Assembly: GCA_050248855.1 (NCBI GenBank)
Contig: JBFWRP010000007.1
Location: 76,695-140,694 of the forward strand
Origin: Planctomycetota bacterium
Lineage (GTDB): Bacteria > Planctomycetota > PLA2 > JAEUHO01
Length of the DNA stretch: 64,000 nt
Reading direction: 5' to 3'
Shown: positions 1-10,270 of the stretch, one piece after another
Layout: the number at the start of each line of letters is the position of its first letter
How positions within the stretch are numbered: position 1 is the stretch's first letter
Made by a program: the position numbers and the translations under genes
Notes under the pieces: model-generated
What the model saw: only the letters and a program-made list of their open reading frames with translations
The model's database searches: none
Told to the model about the DNA's origin: nothing

Positions 1-1294
1 GGTCGTCCACGGACGCCGGGCGTGCGTCGCGGGCCACGGCCAGGGCCGCATCGCAAAGGGCCGCGAGCGCCGGCGGCGCTTCGGGCTCGACCTCGAGGAC
101 GGGCGGTGGCGCCTCGGCCGCCACTTGCGCCAGGTAGGCCGGCCCGCGCCCCGGGTCCAACGGAAGGTGGCCCGTCAGGATCTCGTGCAGGATCACCCCC
201 AGCGCGTAGACGTCGGCGCGCTCGTCCAGCGCGTCGATCTCGCCCCGCGCCGCTTCGGGGGCCAGGTACCCGGGTGTGCCGATGACGGACGTCAGCGTGC
301 GCAGATCGCGCACCGAGCGGAACTGCTCGACGCGCTGGCGCCAGCGGGTCGCCGCGTGATCGACGCTGCCCACGAGCTTGGCCAGGCCCCAGTCGAGCAC
401 GACCACCTCGCCGTACTCGCCAAGGGCCACGTTGTCGGGCTTGAGATCGCGGTGGATCACGCCGCGGCTGTGCGCGTAGCGGATGGCGTCGCAGACCTTG
501 AGCAGGGGCTCGAGCAGGTGCAGGCGCTCGCCCACGGGCTTGCCGCGCGCTTCGTCCAGTGCGTCCGCCAACGTGCGCCGTCCGCGCACGAAGCGCATCG
601 TGTAGTACGGCACCCCGTGCTCGGTCGCGCCGATCTCGTACACGGGCACGATGCCCGGGTGCTCCATCCCGCCCGTGATCCAGGCCTCCATGAGGAAGCG
701 CGCCACGCCCGCCTCGAACGTCTCGCGCTCGGACGTATCGCCCGTCGGAGCGTGGAAGCCGATCGGAGCCGGCGGCGTGACGCCGGCATCCGCGGCCGGG
801 CCGGGCGGGCGCAGCACCTTGAACGCCACCGCCCGGTTCATCTCGCCATCGAGCGCCCAGTAGACGACGCCCATGCCGCCCTGCCCCACCGGCAGGTAGT
901 CCACGTAGCGATCGGGGGCGACCGGGCGCAAGGGGTGCCGCGAACGCGCTCCCAGCTTGCTCAAGCTGCGCGAGACCTTGTCGTCGCGCCGCGAGATCGC
1001 CGCACGCAAGCGACCGTCCATGCCCCCGCGCGCGTCGAGCGCGGCACGGGACGTCCCGTGCCGCACGCGCAGCTCGCCCGCGCGCGCCCGCAAGCCCTCG
1101 ACCTGGTCAGGCGCGAGACCTGCCGACTCGGCGAGGGCTTGGGCCAGCGCGCCGGCGCGCCGCGGGGCCTTCCCGTCCCACGCCCGCAGCAGCGCCATCG
1201 CGGCCTGCCGCCCGTCCACCTTGCCCTCGAGCAGGGCCAGGTCGAGCAGCAGCAGGTCCGCGAAGGCGTCGTCCTCTCCCGGCACGAGGGTCAT
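1..1294 (-). CDS. Hanks-type Ser/Thr protein kinase (3' end runs off the window)
   Basis: Not in the ORF track because there is no stop inside the window. ATG at 1294-1292. My translation MTLVPGEDDAF... contains GQGGMGVVY, AFKVL, HRDLKPDNV, DWGLAK and GTPGYLAPE. About 130-aa non-kinase N-terminal extension. It is the exact antisense of the spurious + ORF 125..1969. Confidence 0.85.
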   Translation of the reverse strand, partial: MTLVPGEDDAFADLLLLDLALLEGKVDGRQAAMALLRAWDGKAPRRAGALAQALAESAGLAPDQVEGLRARAGELRVRHGTSRAALDARGGMDGRLRAAISRRDDKVSRSLSKLGARSRHPLRPVAPDRYVDYLPVGQGGMGVVYWALDGEMNRAVAFKVLRPPGPAADAGVTPPAPIGFHAPTGDTSERETFEAGVARFLMEAWITGGMEHPGIVPVYEIGATEHGVPYYTMRFVRGRRTLADALDEARGKPVGERLHLLEPLLKVCDAIRYAHSRGVIHRDLKPDNVALGEYGEVVVLDWGLAKLVGSVDHAATRWRQRVEQFRSVRDLRTLTSVIGTPGYLAPEAARGEIDALDERADVYALGVILHEILTGHLPLDPGRGPAYLAQVAAEAPPPVLEVEPEAPPALAALCDAALAVARDARPASVDD

Positions 1295-1300
1295 GGGCGC

Positions 1301-1306
1301 ATCCTA
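1301..1306 (-). promoter_or_regulatory. -10-like box TAGGAT, 6 nt upstream of the kinase ATG (leaderless-type)
   Basis: Minus strand reads TAGGAT-gcgccc-ATG. Confidence 0.45.
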
Positions 1307-1475
1307 CGCAACGGCGTCTCCTGGGGGTCCTGGGCCAGCCCCTGGCTCGGGAGTGGTCCCCCCTCCTGTCGAGTACGGGTCCGCCCGCGTCGATCGCAGG
1401 GGGGACCGCACTGCGATCGGTCGTGGCAGCTGCGCACAGGTCCGGTGGGCGATGGCCGCCCCTCGGAGACCCACC

Positions 1476-1685
1476 ATGCGTCGCATCCTTCGCCTCGTCC
1501 CCCTGGCCCTTGTCGTGACCTTGGCGTCCGTGGCGGGAGGCTGCAAGCCCGCCGCGCGCGTGATCACGCGTGGGGTCGTGATCAAGAACATCCGCGACCA
1601 GCAGCGGGAGCAGCGCCCGCAGCTCGTGCGGGGGACGCGCCCCCCGGCCGTCCAGCAGCGCTGGCGCGCGACGCAGGGGCAGTAA
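1476..1685 (+). CDS. small basic lipoprotein (69 aa), hypothetical
   Basis: In-frame ATG inside track ORF 957..1685, with GGAGA 7 nt upstream. MRRILRLVPLALVVTLASVAGGC is a signal peptide plus lipobox Cys. Third codon positions are nearly all G/C. Confidence 0.45.
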   Translation: MRRILRLVPLALVVTLASVAGGCKPAARVITRGVVIKNIRDQQREQRPQLVRGTRPPAVQQRWRATQGQ

Positions 1686-1698
1686 GGCCGCGTACTCC

Positions 1699-3090
1699 CT
1701 ACGCCAGTCCCATCCGCAGGAGGGCGTGGGCCTTGAGGTCGGCGAGCGTGCGCACGCGGTCGCTGTCCGCCCTGGTGCCCGCGATGAAGACCGGGCCATC
1801 GTCGCCGTCCAACGACAGCACGCCGTGGCTGCCCTTGACGAGCGTGGCATCCAGCGGCACGACGTCCATCTTCATGCGCAGGCCCAGCTTCTTCTGCAGC
1901 AGGCGCCGCGCCACACGCAGCTGCGGGATGCGCAGCGTGGGATCGACGAACAGCTCGCAGGGGTCGTAGCCGGGCTTGCGGTGGATGTCGACCGTGCGTG
2001 CGTAGTCAGGCGCCTTCGCATCGTCGAGCCAGAAGGGATACGCGAACCAGGCATGCGGCTTGGCGAGCAGCACGAGCTCGCCGCTGCGCGGGTGCTCGAA
2101 CCCCATCGCGACGCGGGCGTCGTGGTCGAGCACGCGTCCGACCTCGGGCAGTCCCTCCAGCAACGCGGCGACTTCCGCGACGTCCACGGCCTCGCGCACG
2201 TAGACGTGGGCGATCTGGTGGTCGCAGACGGCGAAGGCGCGGCTGCGGAACACGTCGAGCCCTTCGCCGAAGGGCCCGTCACGGACCTCGAGCAGGCCCG
2301 CCTCGCGCAGCACGCGGTTGGGCCAGGCCACGTCGTCCACGGGCAGCAGCCCGTACTCGCTGAACACGACGACTTCGGTCCCCGTCTCGGCCGCCGCGTC
2401 GAGCACGAGGCCCGCCGCCTCGTCGACCTCCCGCACCCGATCGGCCGTGCCGGGCGCGTGCGGACCGAACCGCTGCAGGTCGTAGTCCAAGTGCGGCAAG
2501 TAGGCGAACGTGAACGAGGGGCAATGCGTGCGCAGGGTCCACGCGGTCGCACGTGCGATCCACGTGGTGGCCGGCAGCCCGGCGCGCGGCCCCCAGAAGG
2601 AGAAGAACGGAAACGGTCCCAGCGCGCGCTCGAGCCCCGCCGGATAGTCGACGGGGTCACCGTGGATGCCGAAGACCTTGCTGCCGTCGCAGCCGTACCA
2701 GGGCTTGGGCGTGACGCTGTAGTCGACGGGCGCGCCCTGGTTGAACCAGGCGAACACCGTGGCGCTCGTGTAGCGCACGCCGCGCTCGCGGGCGCGCTTG
2801 CGGGCTGCGACATGCACCGTCTCGCCCTGCACGAGCCGGTGCGACTGGGGCCAGAAGCGCACCTCACCGAGGTCGCGGTGGAACCAGCCGTTGCCGACGA
2901 TGCCGTGGCCGCTTGGCGTCAACCCCGTGAGCGCCGTGGCTTGTGCCGTGGTCGTCACGGCGGGCACGACGCCCCCGAGGGGCCTGGACACACCCTGCTT
3001 GGCCAGCGCCGACAGCCGCGGCGCATGCTGCAGCAGCCGCGGCGTCAGCCCGACCACGTCAAGCCACAGGAGGGGGCGGACCGTGGGCAA
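1699..3090 (-). CDS. alkaline-phosphatase-superfamily nucleotide pyrophosphatase/phosphodiesterase
   Basis: 463-aa ORF with a TTG start. LWLDVVGLTP and TTTAQATALTGLTPSGHGIVGNGW (nucleophile Thr plus GHG) are typical of type I phosphodiesterase / NPP enzymes. Confidence 0.75.
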   Translation of the reverse strand: MPTVRPLLWLDVVGLTPRLLQHAPRLSALAKQGVSRPLGGVVPAVTTTAQATALTGLTPSGHGIVGNGWFHRDLGEVRFWPQSHRLVQGETVHVAARKRARERGVRYTSATVFAWFNQGAPVDYSVTPKPWYGCDGSKVFGIHGDPVDYPAGLERALGPFPFFSFWGPRAGLPATTWIARATAWTLRTHCPSFTFAYLPHLDYDLQRFGPHAPGTADRVREVDEAAGLVLDAAAETGTEVVVFSEYGLLPVDDVAWPNRVLREAGLLEVRDGPFGEGLDVFRSRAFAVCDHQIAHVYVREAVDVAEVAALLEGLPEVGRVLDHDARVAMGFEHPRSGELVLLAKPHAWFAYPFWLDDAKAPDYARTVDIHRKPGYDPCELFVDPTLRIPQLRVARRLLQKKLGLRMKMDVVPLDATLVKGSHGVLSLDGDDGPVFIAGTRADSDRVRTLADLKAHALLRMGLA

Positions 3091-3096
3091 GCCCAG

Positions 3097-3102
3097 AGCC
3101 TA
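3097..3102 (-). promoter_or_regulatory. -10-like box TAGGCT, 6 nt upstream of the TTG start at 3090
   Basis: Minus strand reads TAGGCT-ctgggc-TTG. Confidence 0.35.
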
Positions 3103-3143
3103 CCCGCGGCGTGCGCGTCGCGGGGACGGCAGTGCCGAAACGA

Positions 3144-3178
3144 GACGACCCCCGCGACCGGGGATCGCGGGGGTCGTC
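3144..3178 (-). terminator. intrinsic terminator-like hairpin downstream of groEL
   Basis: Perfect 14-bp stem (GACGACCCCCGCGA / TCGCGGGGGTCGTC) with a 7-nt loop, 26 nt after the groEL stop. On the minus strand it is followed by TCGTTTCGG. Confidence 0.65.
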
Positions 3179-3203
3179 GCGCAGGGTGGCTGACGTAGGG
3201 ACG

Positions 3204-4865
<1,662 letters not shown>

Positions 4866-4916
4866 GCGAGGTCTCCTTCGAGGTCGGCGGGTTGGCGTGG
4901 CGCCGGGAGGGAGGGG

Positions 4917-5309
4917 TTACTTCTTCTTGCCCTTGGCCTTCTTGGCCGAAGCGCTCTTGCCGGCGGACGCCTTGCCCGCTTCGGCCTTCGCGCCACCGGC
5001 CGCCTTGGCGAACGGGGCGTCGTCGACGACGGCGAGGATCTCGCTCGCCTCGAGGATCAGGTACTCCTTGCCGCCCTCCTTGATCTGGGTTCCGGCGTAG
5101 GAGCTGAACAAGACGCGGTCGCCGACCTTGACGGCGAGCGGGACGCGCTGCCCGTTGTCGCGGGCCTTGCCCTGGCCGACGGCGATGACCTTGCCCTCCG
5201 TGGGCTTCTCCTTGGCGGAGTCGGGCAGCAGGATGCCCCCGGCGGTCTTGTCGCTGGCCTCGATGCGCTCGAGCAGCACCCGGTCGTTGAGCGGCTTGAT
5301 CTTGGACAT
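4917..5309 (-). CDS. groES: co-chaperonin GroES with a 35-aa Ala/Lys-rich C-terminal extension
   Basis: [45 protein letters not shown]... 51 nt upstream of groEL. 130 aa versus about 95 aa for the canonical protein. Confidence 0.95.
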   Translation of the reverse strand: MSKIKPLNDRVLLERIEASDKTAGGILLPDSAKEKPTEGKVIAVGQGKARDNGQRVPLAVKVGDRVLFSSYAGTQIKEGGKEYLILEASEILAVVDDAPFAKAAGGAKAEAGKASAGKSASAKKAKGKKK

Positions 5310-5345
5310 GGTTCCCTCGTCGGTTGCGTCACGGAAAGGGTGTGG

Positions 5346-5744
5346 CTACCGCGTCCGCGTGTCGCCGCCGGTAGCCACCGCCAGGGCCGCCGCCAACGCG
5401 GCCGGCGCCCAGGGGTGGGGTACGACGGCGCCCACGCCGGAGCGCAGCGCCTCGAACCAGAGGGCCCGGCGCTCGTCGCGCAGGAGCAGGACCAGGCGCC
5501 TGCCGACCCACGGTCCGACCCGCTGCCAGGTCGGCTCGCCGTCGACCCCCAGCCCGCTGTCGAGCAGGCTGGCCGCGAAGGCCTCCCGCTCGTCCCGGAG
5601 CCAGGCGATGGCTTGGTCTGCGTCCGCGGCGAAGCGCGGCCGGAACCCCGATCCCCTCACCCACCCCTCGAGGTCGTCACGGACTTTGGGGTCCGCTTGG
5701 ACGTCGGGGCCCACGGCCACGAGGACGGCAGGCGGGGGGAGCAT
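5346..5744 (-). CDS. hypothetical protein, possibly a degenerate receiver-like domain
   Basis: Internal ATG chosen (MLPPPAVLVAVGPD...). The length and alternating hydrophobic pattern resemble a CheY-like fold, but the acidic pocket and Lys signature are not recognisable. Confidence 0.35.
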   Translation of the reverse strand: MLPPPAVLVAVGPDVQADPKVRDDLEGWVRGSGFRPRFAADADQAIAWLRDEREAFAASLLDSGLGVDGEPTWQRVGPWVGRRLVLLLRDERRALWFEALRSGVGAVVPHPWAPAALAAALAVATGGDTRTR

Positions 5745-5927
5745 GGGGGCCCCCTGGGCAAGCCGGATGCCGCCCGTCCGCCCAGGCTGCCCTTCACGCA
5801 CAAGTCGATACAGGAAAACGACTTGCGCGATCAAGACCGGGGCTGTGGCCCCCCGTGCGCACGCCAGGACCTGACAGGCTGGCAGGGGTTCGGGCGCCCC
5901 TGACTGACAAGCTGGCGCTGGAGCTCG

Positions 5928-6269
5928 CTACGGCGCCGCGAAGCTCTCGAGGGCCTCGCTCTCCGACGGGAAGTGGCGGAACGCGTGGACGAGGCCCGTG
6001 ATGTTGAACAGCCGCTCGACGAAGTCGTGGAGGCCGAACAGGCGCAGGTCGCCGCCGGCCTCGCGGAAGTTCTTGAGCGCCCAGACGAAGGTGCCCAGCA
6101 CGTTGCTGTCCATGAAGCTGACCTTGCGCATGTCGGCAGCGATGCGCACGTCCTCGTCCTGGCGCATGCGCACGAAGAGGCGCTTGAGCTCGGCGTCGGC
6201 CGCTCCGCTCAGGTCGCCCTCGAAGCGCAGCAGGCAGACCCCGGGGCGTTGCTCGAGCTCGTAGTCCAT
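5928..6269 (-). CDS. STAS-domain anti-sigma-factor antagonist (SpoIIAA/RsbV-like)
   Basis: MDYELEQRPGVCLLRFEGDLSGAADAELKRLF...VSFMDSNVLGTFVWALKNFREAGGDLRLFGL. GGAGAC SD upstream of the internal ATG. Confidence 0.75.
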   Translation of the reverse strand: MDYELEQRPGVCLLRFEGDLSGAADAELKRLFVRMRQDEDVRIAADMRKVSFMDSNVLGTFVWALKNFREAGGDLRLFGLHDFVERLFNITGLVHAFRHFPSESEALESFAAP

Positions 6270-6402
6270 GGACGTCTCCGCCGGTTGGAGTGCGACGAGG
6301 TCGCGTTTCCGCACGCATCCTGCCTCGGGAGGGAACGAACGGCCAGCGTCCGCGCCCCGCCAGCCCCGGACGGATGGCCCCGAGGCCGGCCGCCCCGTCC
6401 CC

Positions 6403-6408
6403 TAGAAT
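6403..6408 (+). promoter_or_regulatory. -10-like box TAGAAT, 7 nt upstream of ATG 6416 (leaderless-type)
   Basis: TAGAAT-ccggggc-ATG. Confidence 0.5.
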
Positions 6409-6415
6409 CCGGGGC

Positions 6416-7084
6416 ATGGACATGGCGGACGTGAGGGACGGTGCGCTGCTCTGCCTCGGGTGCGCCACGCCGCTGCCCACGGGTGCGCATGCCTGCCCGT
6501 CGTGCCTTCGCCCGCAGGACTGGATGGCCAACACGCTGGCCCCGTACGCGCAGTGGTCGCAGGGCTTCCTGCTGGGGAGCGCCGCCACCACGGACCAGCC
6601 CCGACTGATCACGGTGACGGGGCTCATGCTCTTCGCCCTGTCCGAGATCGTGATCCTCTCGTGGGTTGCCCTCGAGGGTGTGGATGACGCCCTCGCGGGC
6701 TTCGCGCACGGCGACATGGCGTGGGCGGTCTTGGTGCTCCTCCTGGGCATGTGGGCGCCCGCCGTGCTTTGGCTGGCTGCGACGTGCTCTGCGGTCGTGC
6801 GCTACCTACGACCCGCCGATGCGGCGCACTCCAAGGGACCAAGCCCTGCCCTGTTGATCCTGGCCCTGGCCGTTCCCGCGGGGCACGTGGTTGCGCGAAC
6901 CTGGGGCTGGCTGCCGGGCTCGTCCGCCCTTCACACGAGTCTCTTCTTCGTAGGCTTCGCCGCAGCCGGCTTGGTGCTCGGCGCCTTCTTGGCCCGCTCC
7001 CGCACGGAGCGGGTCTGGACCTCGGAGCTCCCGGACCTCGATGGCCCCGGATCGGGCGTCACGCCCCGAGGCGGCAGGACGTAA
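6416..7084 (+). CDS. membrane protein with an N-terminal zinc-ribbon-like motif
   Basis: Internal ATG of track ORF 6290..7084. CLGCATPLPTGAHACPSC (CxxC...CxxC) is followed by several hydrophobic helices. The 3' end overlaps the convergent gene 7059..7604 by 26 bp. Confidence 0.55.
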   Translation: MDMADVRDGALLCLGCATPLPTGAHACPSCLRPQDWMANTLAPYAQWSQGFLLGSAATTDQPRLITVTGLMLFALSEIVILSWVALEGVDDALAGFAHGDMAWAVLVLLLGMWAPAVLWLAATCSAVVRYLRPADAAHSKGPSPALLILALAVPAGHVVARTWGWLPGSSALHTSLFFVGFAAAGLVLGAFLARSRTERVWTSELPDLDGPGSGVTPRGGRT

Positions 7085-7604
7085 GCACGTCGAAGCCCGC
7101 TCGCACTTCCAGGTCCGTGCGCACGAGATCGATCGAGACGACGCGCGCCTCGAGGGGCACGAGGGCGCGCGCGCGATCCACGGCGCCGCCGACGCGCGCG
7201 ATCTCCACGCCGTGGCCGACTGTGATGTGCGGGCACCAGGCTCCCGGTCGATAGAGGGGCGAGCAGTCCGCGCCGGCGCGGGCGAACGCGCCCATGGCGA
7301 TCGCGTGCACGTCCAGCAGCTGGCGGGTGGTTGCCGGCGCGAGGAAGACCACGCCCCCGTCGCCGCCGAACGTCCCCACGGCGGGAACGTCGAGCGTGAA
7401 CGGCTGGACGCCGGCGAACGCCGCCTCGACCTCCGCCGCCAGCCGCTTGGGTGCCGGGTCCTCGCCCAGGGTCAGCGTGAGGTGCGCGGGCACCTTGAGG
7501 CCCACGAGGTCCACGCCCCCACAGGCCCGGTAGAGCATCTGCGTGTGCGTACGCACGCGCTGGGCAAGGGACTCCTCGAACCTGAGCACGATCCCGAACG
7601 ACAT
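7059..7604 (-). CDS. 2H phosphoesterase superfamily protein (LigT / 2'-5' RNA ligase-like)
   Basis: Two H-x-T/S-x motifs at the expected spacing: PAHLTLTLG and CPHITVGHG. 181 aa. Confidence 0.7.
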   Translation of the reverse strand: MSFGIVLRFEESLAQRVRTHTQMLYRACGGVDLVGLKVPAHLTLTLGEDPAPKRLAAEVEAAFAGVQPFTLDVPAVGTFGGDGGVVFLAPATTRQLLDVHAIAMGAFARAGADCSPLYRPGAWCPHITVGHGVEIARVGGAVDRARALVPLEARVVSIDLVRTDLEVRAGFDVLTSCRLGA

Positions 7605-7611
7605 CCGCGGG

Positions 7612-7617
7612 AGGATA
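7612..7617 (-). promoter_or_regulatory. -10-like box TATCCT, 7 nt upstream of ATG 7604 (leaderless-type)
   Basis: Minus strand reads TATCCT-cccgcgg-ATG. Confidence 0.45.
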
Positions 7618-7658
7618 CGCGCGACGGTGCCCGGCTCGCGTTGGCGCCGCAGCGGGCG

Positions 7659-8630
7659 TCAGCGCGACGGCTGGAGCGACGGCGCGACGGGCACCTTGAC
7701 GGTGGTGCGGATCTGGACGTGCATCATCTCGGGCAGCATCACGGTCACGGGCGCGAACGACGAGCCGAGCGTGGTCGCGAACAGGTCGATCGGACGGCGC
7801 AGCACGGTGAAGTCGTCGCGGATCTCGGTGGTCAGGTAGCCGCCATCGCCCGGCCGGCTCGCACCGCCCGCGGAGGTTCCCGCGGCCGCGGCGGCGCGCA
7901 CCTCGCGCGCACGCTGGACGAGCTTGTCCGCGGCGGCCAGAGCCTCGTCGATGCGCTCGCGCGGCACGCCGGTTTCCTCGGCCAGGGTGCGTAGCGCCTT
8001 GCGTGCTTCCTCGCGCTGGACGGGATCCGCGCTCACGAGCTGCCCCACCAGGCGACGGACCTCGTGCGAACGCGCCGCCAGACGCCGCGCCGTCTCCTGC
8101 GCGGCCGCGGCCTCACGGGCCGCGGCGTCGGCGTTGCGCCATTCCTCGGGCGTGTACCAGCGGTCGCCGTGACGCTCGAGGCCGCGCGCACGCTGGGCCT
8201 CGTCCGGGTGCATCCACTGGCCGCGGAAGCGCACGTGGCCCAGCACCTCGTGGGCCGTGGCGTCCTCGGGGTCGATCGCCAACACGGCGCGCGACAGCTG
8301 CTGCGCCTCGTCGAGACGGCCGACGTCGCGCAGCCATGCGGCGAGCGTCGCACGGCCCGCCGTGTCGTCGGGCTCGAGGCGCCGGAGCGCCTGCTCGATC
8401 TGCGCGTCGAGCGACGGGCCGGCGATGTGCTTGCGGACGTCGACGGCGGGCAGCTCGACGACGCCGAAGCGACTGGCCACGCGCCAGACGTCACCGTCGC
8501 GGACGGCCACGCCCTCGACGATGCGTCCATCGGCCAGCTCGAGAACGTCGGCGCGAGCCTCGGCGGCGACGCACGCCACCAAGGCCACCGCGAGCAAGGC
8601 GCCTACGCAGCGCACGAGGGCGCTCCTCAC
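7659..8630 (-). CDS. secreted hypothetical protein, paralogue A of a tandem pair
   Basis: GTG start overlapping the upstream stop (GTGA). Signal peptide MRSALVRCVGALLAVALVACVAAEARA. Shares ADVLEL.DGR.VEG and LGHVRFRGQWMHPDEA.RA.GLERHGDRWYTPEEW with 8627..9574. Confidence 0.7.
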   Translation of the reverse strand: MRSALVRCVGALLAVALVACVAAEARADVLELADGRIVEGVAVRDGDVWRVASRFGVVELPAVDVRKHIAGPSLDAQIEQALRRLEPDDTAGRATLAAWLRDVGRLDEAQQLSRAVLAIDPEDATAHEVLGHVRFRGQWMHPDEAQRARGLERHGDRWYTPEEWRNADAAAREAAAAQETARRLAARSHEVRRLVGQLVSADPVQREEARKALRTLAEETGVPRERIDEALAAADKLVQRAREVRAAAAAGTSAGGASRPGDGGYLTTEIRDDFTVLRRPIDLFATTLGSSFAPVTVMLPEMMHVQIRTTVKVPVAPSLQPSR

Positions 8631-9574
8631 GGACCGACGACGGGGATCACGCCCGTCGTGCGAACGCGGATGACCTCGAGCTCGGGCAGCTGGAGCGTGA
8701 CCGGTGCGCTGGGGAACGGGCCCGAAGCCAGGTTGGTCGTGACCTGCTGGATGGGCCGCTTGAGCTTGGCGAGCGTCACGCGGAAGGTGCTCATGACCTC
8801 ACCCATCATCATGCTGTCGCCGAGCTCCGCCGCGCGGGCCTGGGCTTCGTCCACGGCCTGGACGTACTCGTCCATGCGCGGGATGAGCGCCTCGATGGTC
8901 TCGTTGCCCGACTCCTTGGCCAGACGCTCCAAGCGCGTCCGTGCCCGCTGGCGCACGGCGCGGTCGGGGCTGGTCATGAGGTTCATGAGCCGCTGCGCCT
9001 CCCGCGCGGTGCGCGCGCGCTGCTCGCGCTCCTCCAGGGCCGAAGCCGCGTTGCGCTCTTCGGCGCCGACGTTGGCCCACTCCTCGGGCGTGTACCAACG
9101 ATCACCGTGACGCTCGAGCCCCTCGGCGCGTCGGGCTTCGTCGGGGTGCATCCACTGGCCGCGGAAGCGCACGTGGCCCAGCAGCGCGTGGGCGTCGGCC
9201 TGCTCGGGGTCGCAGGCCAGTACCTCTTCGGCCAGGGCGCGGGCCTCCTCGTCGCGCCCGAGACCCTTGAGCCACGCTGCGACGCGCACGCGGTTGGCGA
9301 AATCGTCCGCAGCCAGCTTGGCCAGGACGGCCTTCACCTGGGTGTCGGCCGCAGCGCCCTCGTGACGCGCGACGACGTCGGCAGCCGGGATGCTGCTGAC
9401 ACCGAAACGGCTGAGCACGAGCAGCTCGTCGCCGGACTTGACGACGACGCCCTCGACGAGCCGGCCGTCGGAGAGCTCCAGGACGTCGGCGCGGGCCGGG
9501 CCGGACGTGGCCGCGACGAGTCCGACGAGGCCGAGCGCCAGGGCAAGGGCGCGGCGGAGGCGGAAGGGCGTCAT
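8627..9574 (-). CDS. secreted hypothetical protein, paralogue B of a tandem pair
   Basis: Internal ATG of track ORF 8627..10240 (MTPFRLRRALALALGLVGLVAATSGPARA is a signal peptide). GAGGAG SD upstream. Same domain order as 7659..8630. Confidence 0.7.
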   Translation of the reverse strand: MTPFRLRRALALALGLVGLVAATSGPARADVLELSDGRLVEGVVVKSGDELLVLSRFGVSSIPAADVVARHEGAAADTQVKAVLAKLAADDFANRVRVAAWLKGLGRDEEARALAEEVLACDPEQADAHALLGHVRFRGQWMHPDEARRAEGLERHGDRWYTPEEWANVGAEERNAASALEEREQRARTAREAQRLMNLMTSPDRAVRQRARTRLERLAKESGNETIEALIPRMDEYVQAVDEAQARAAELGDSMMMGEVMSTFRVTLAKLKRPIQQVTTNLASGPFPSAPVTLQLPELEVIRVRTTGVIPVVGP

Positions 9575-9653
9575 GGAGGCATCTCCTCGGGCGGGGCACA
9601 CCTTGCAACGCCCCGGGCGTCGGCAAGTTGCAGGTTGTAGGACCGAGGCCCCA

Positions 9654-10133
9654 TCATCCGGCGTCGGGTCGCTCGGCGTCGCGGGCGGCCACGAGCTGCC
9701 AGCCCCGGGGGGCCGTCGCGTCGGGCTGCCAGACGAAGTCCACGGCGAGCGCCCCGGCCTCGCCCGCCCCCTGGCCCAGGCCGAACGGGGTGGGCTGGCG
9801 AAGCCCCAGGAAGACCACCGTCGTCCGGGCCCGGCTCGGGTCCACCGCGAGGACGCGCCACTTGGCTCCCTCCACGGTGCGGGCCAGCCGCTCCCAGCCG
9901 ACTGCGGCCTGGAAGCCCCGGGCCTCGGGCGCCAGGCGGGACCAGACGTCCGCCACGTCTCCGGCCGCCAGCGCCCGCGCGACGTCCTCCGCGGCGCCGT
10001 GGAGCCTCCCCGCGGGCGTAGCGGGCACGCGCCGGGCCACGAACACGGCCAGCGCCAGGAGCACGCCGAGCGCGACGAGGGGCAGCCAGGTGGCGGCATC
10101 GGGGCGGGGACGGAGCGGCGACATCCCCCCCAT
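9654..10133 (-). CDS. membrane-anchored hypothetical protein
   Basis: Internal ATG (MGGMSPLRPRPDAATWLPLVALGVLLALAVFVA is an N-terminal TM anchor), followed by a roughly 110-aa soluble domain. ATG 10124 is an alternative start. Confidence 0.45.
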   Translation of the reverse strand: MGGMSPLRPRPDAATWLPLVALGVLLALAVFVARRVPATPAGRLHGAAEDVARALAAGDVADVWSRLAPEARGFQAAVGWERLARTVEGAKWRVLAVDPSRARTTVVFLGLRQPTPFGLGQGAGEAGALAVDFVWQPDATAPRGWQLVAARDAERPDAG

Positions 10134-10270
10134 CCTGCCCCCAAGCACGCCTTCCCCGCGACCGTGGGCCCATCGCCCCGTCCGTTCCCAACGCAGCCCG
10201 GGCCGCCGACGTACGACAGGGGAGCGGAGCGGGTCCACACGGCGTGTCCGGCTCCTTCTCGGGAGGTCCC

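Noticed and set aside
125-1969. 614-aa + strand ORF, one of the longest in the track
   Set aside because: It is the codon-for-codon antisense of a clear Ser/Thr kinase (HRDLKPDNV etc. on the minus strand). Its own translation is Arg/Ala/Gly/His-rich with no motif. This is a typical GC-rich shadow ORF.
5310-5345. Expected CIRCE/HrcA operator upstream of groES
   Set aside because: There is no TTAGCACTC-N9-GAGTGCTAA-like inverted repeat in the 36-nt gap or nearby.
5790-5834. TTGATC ... TATCGA promoter-like hexamers upstream of the receiver-like gene
   Set aside because: The -10 candidate lacks the invariant final T and the spacing is 18 nt. It is too weak to call as a feature.
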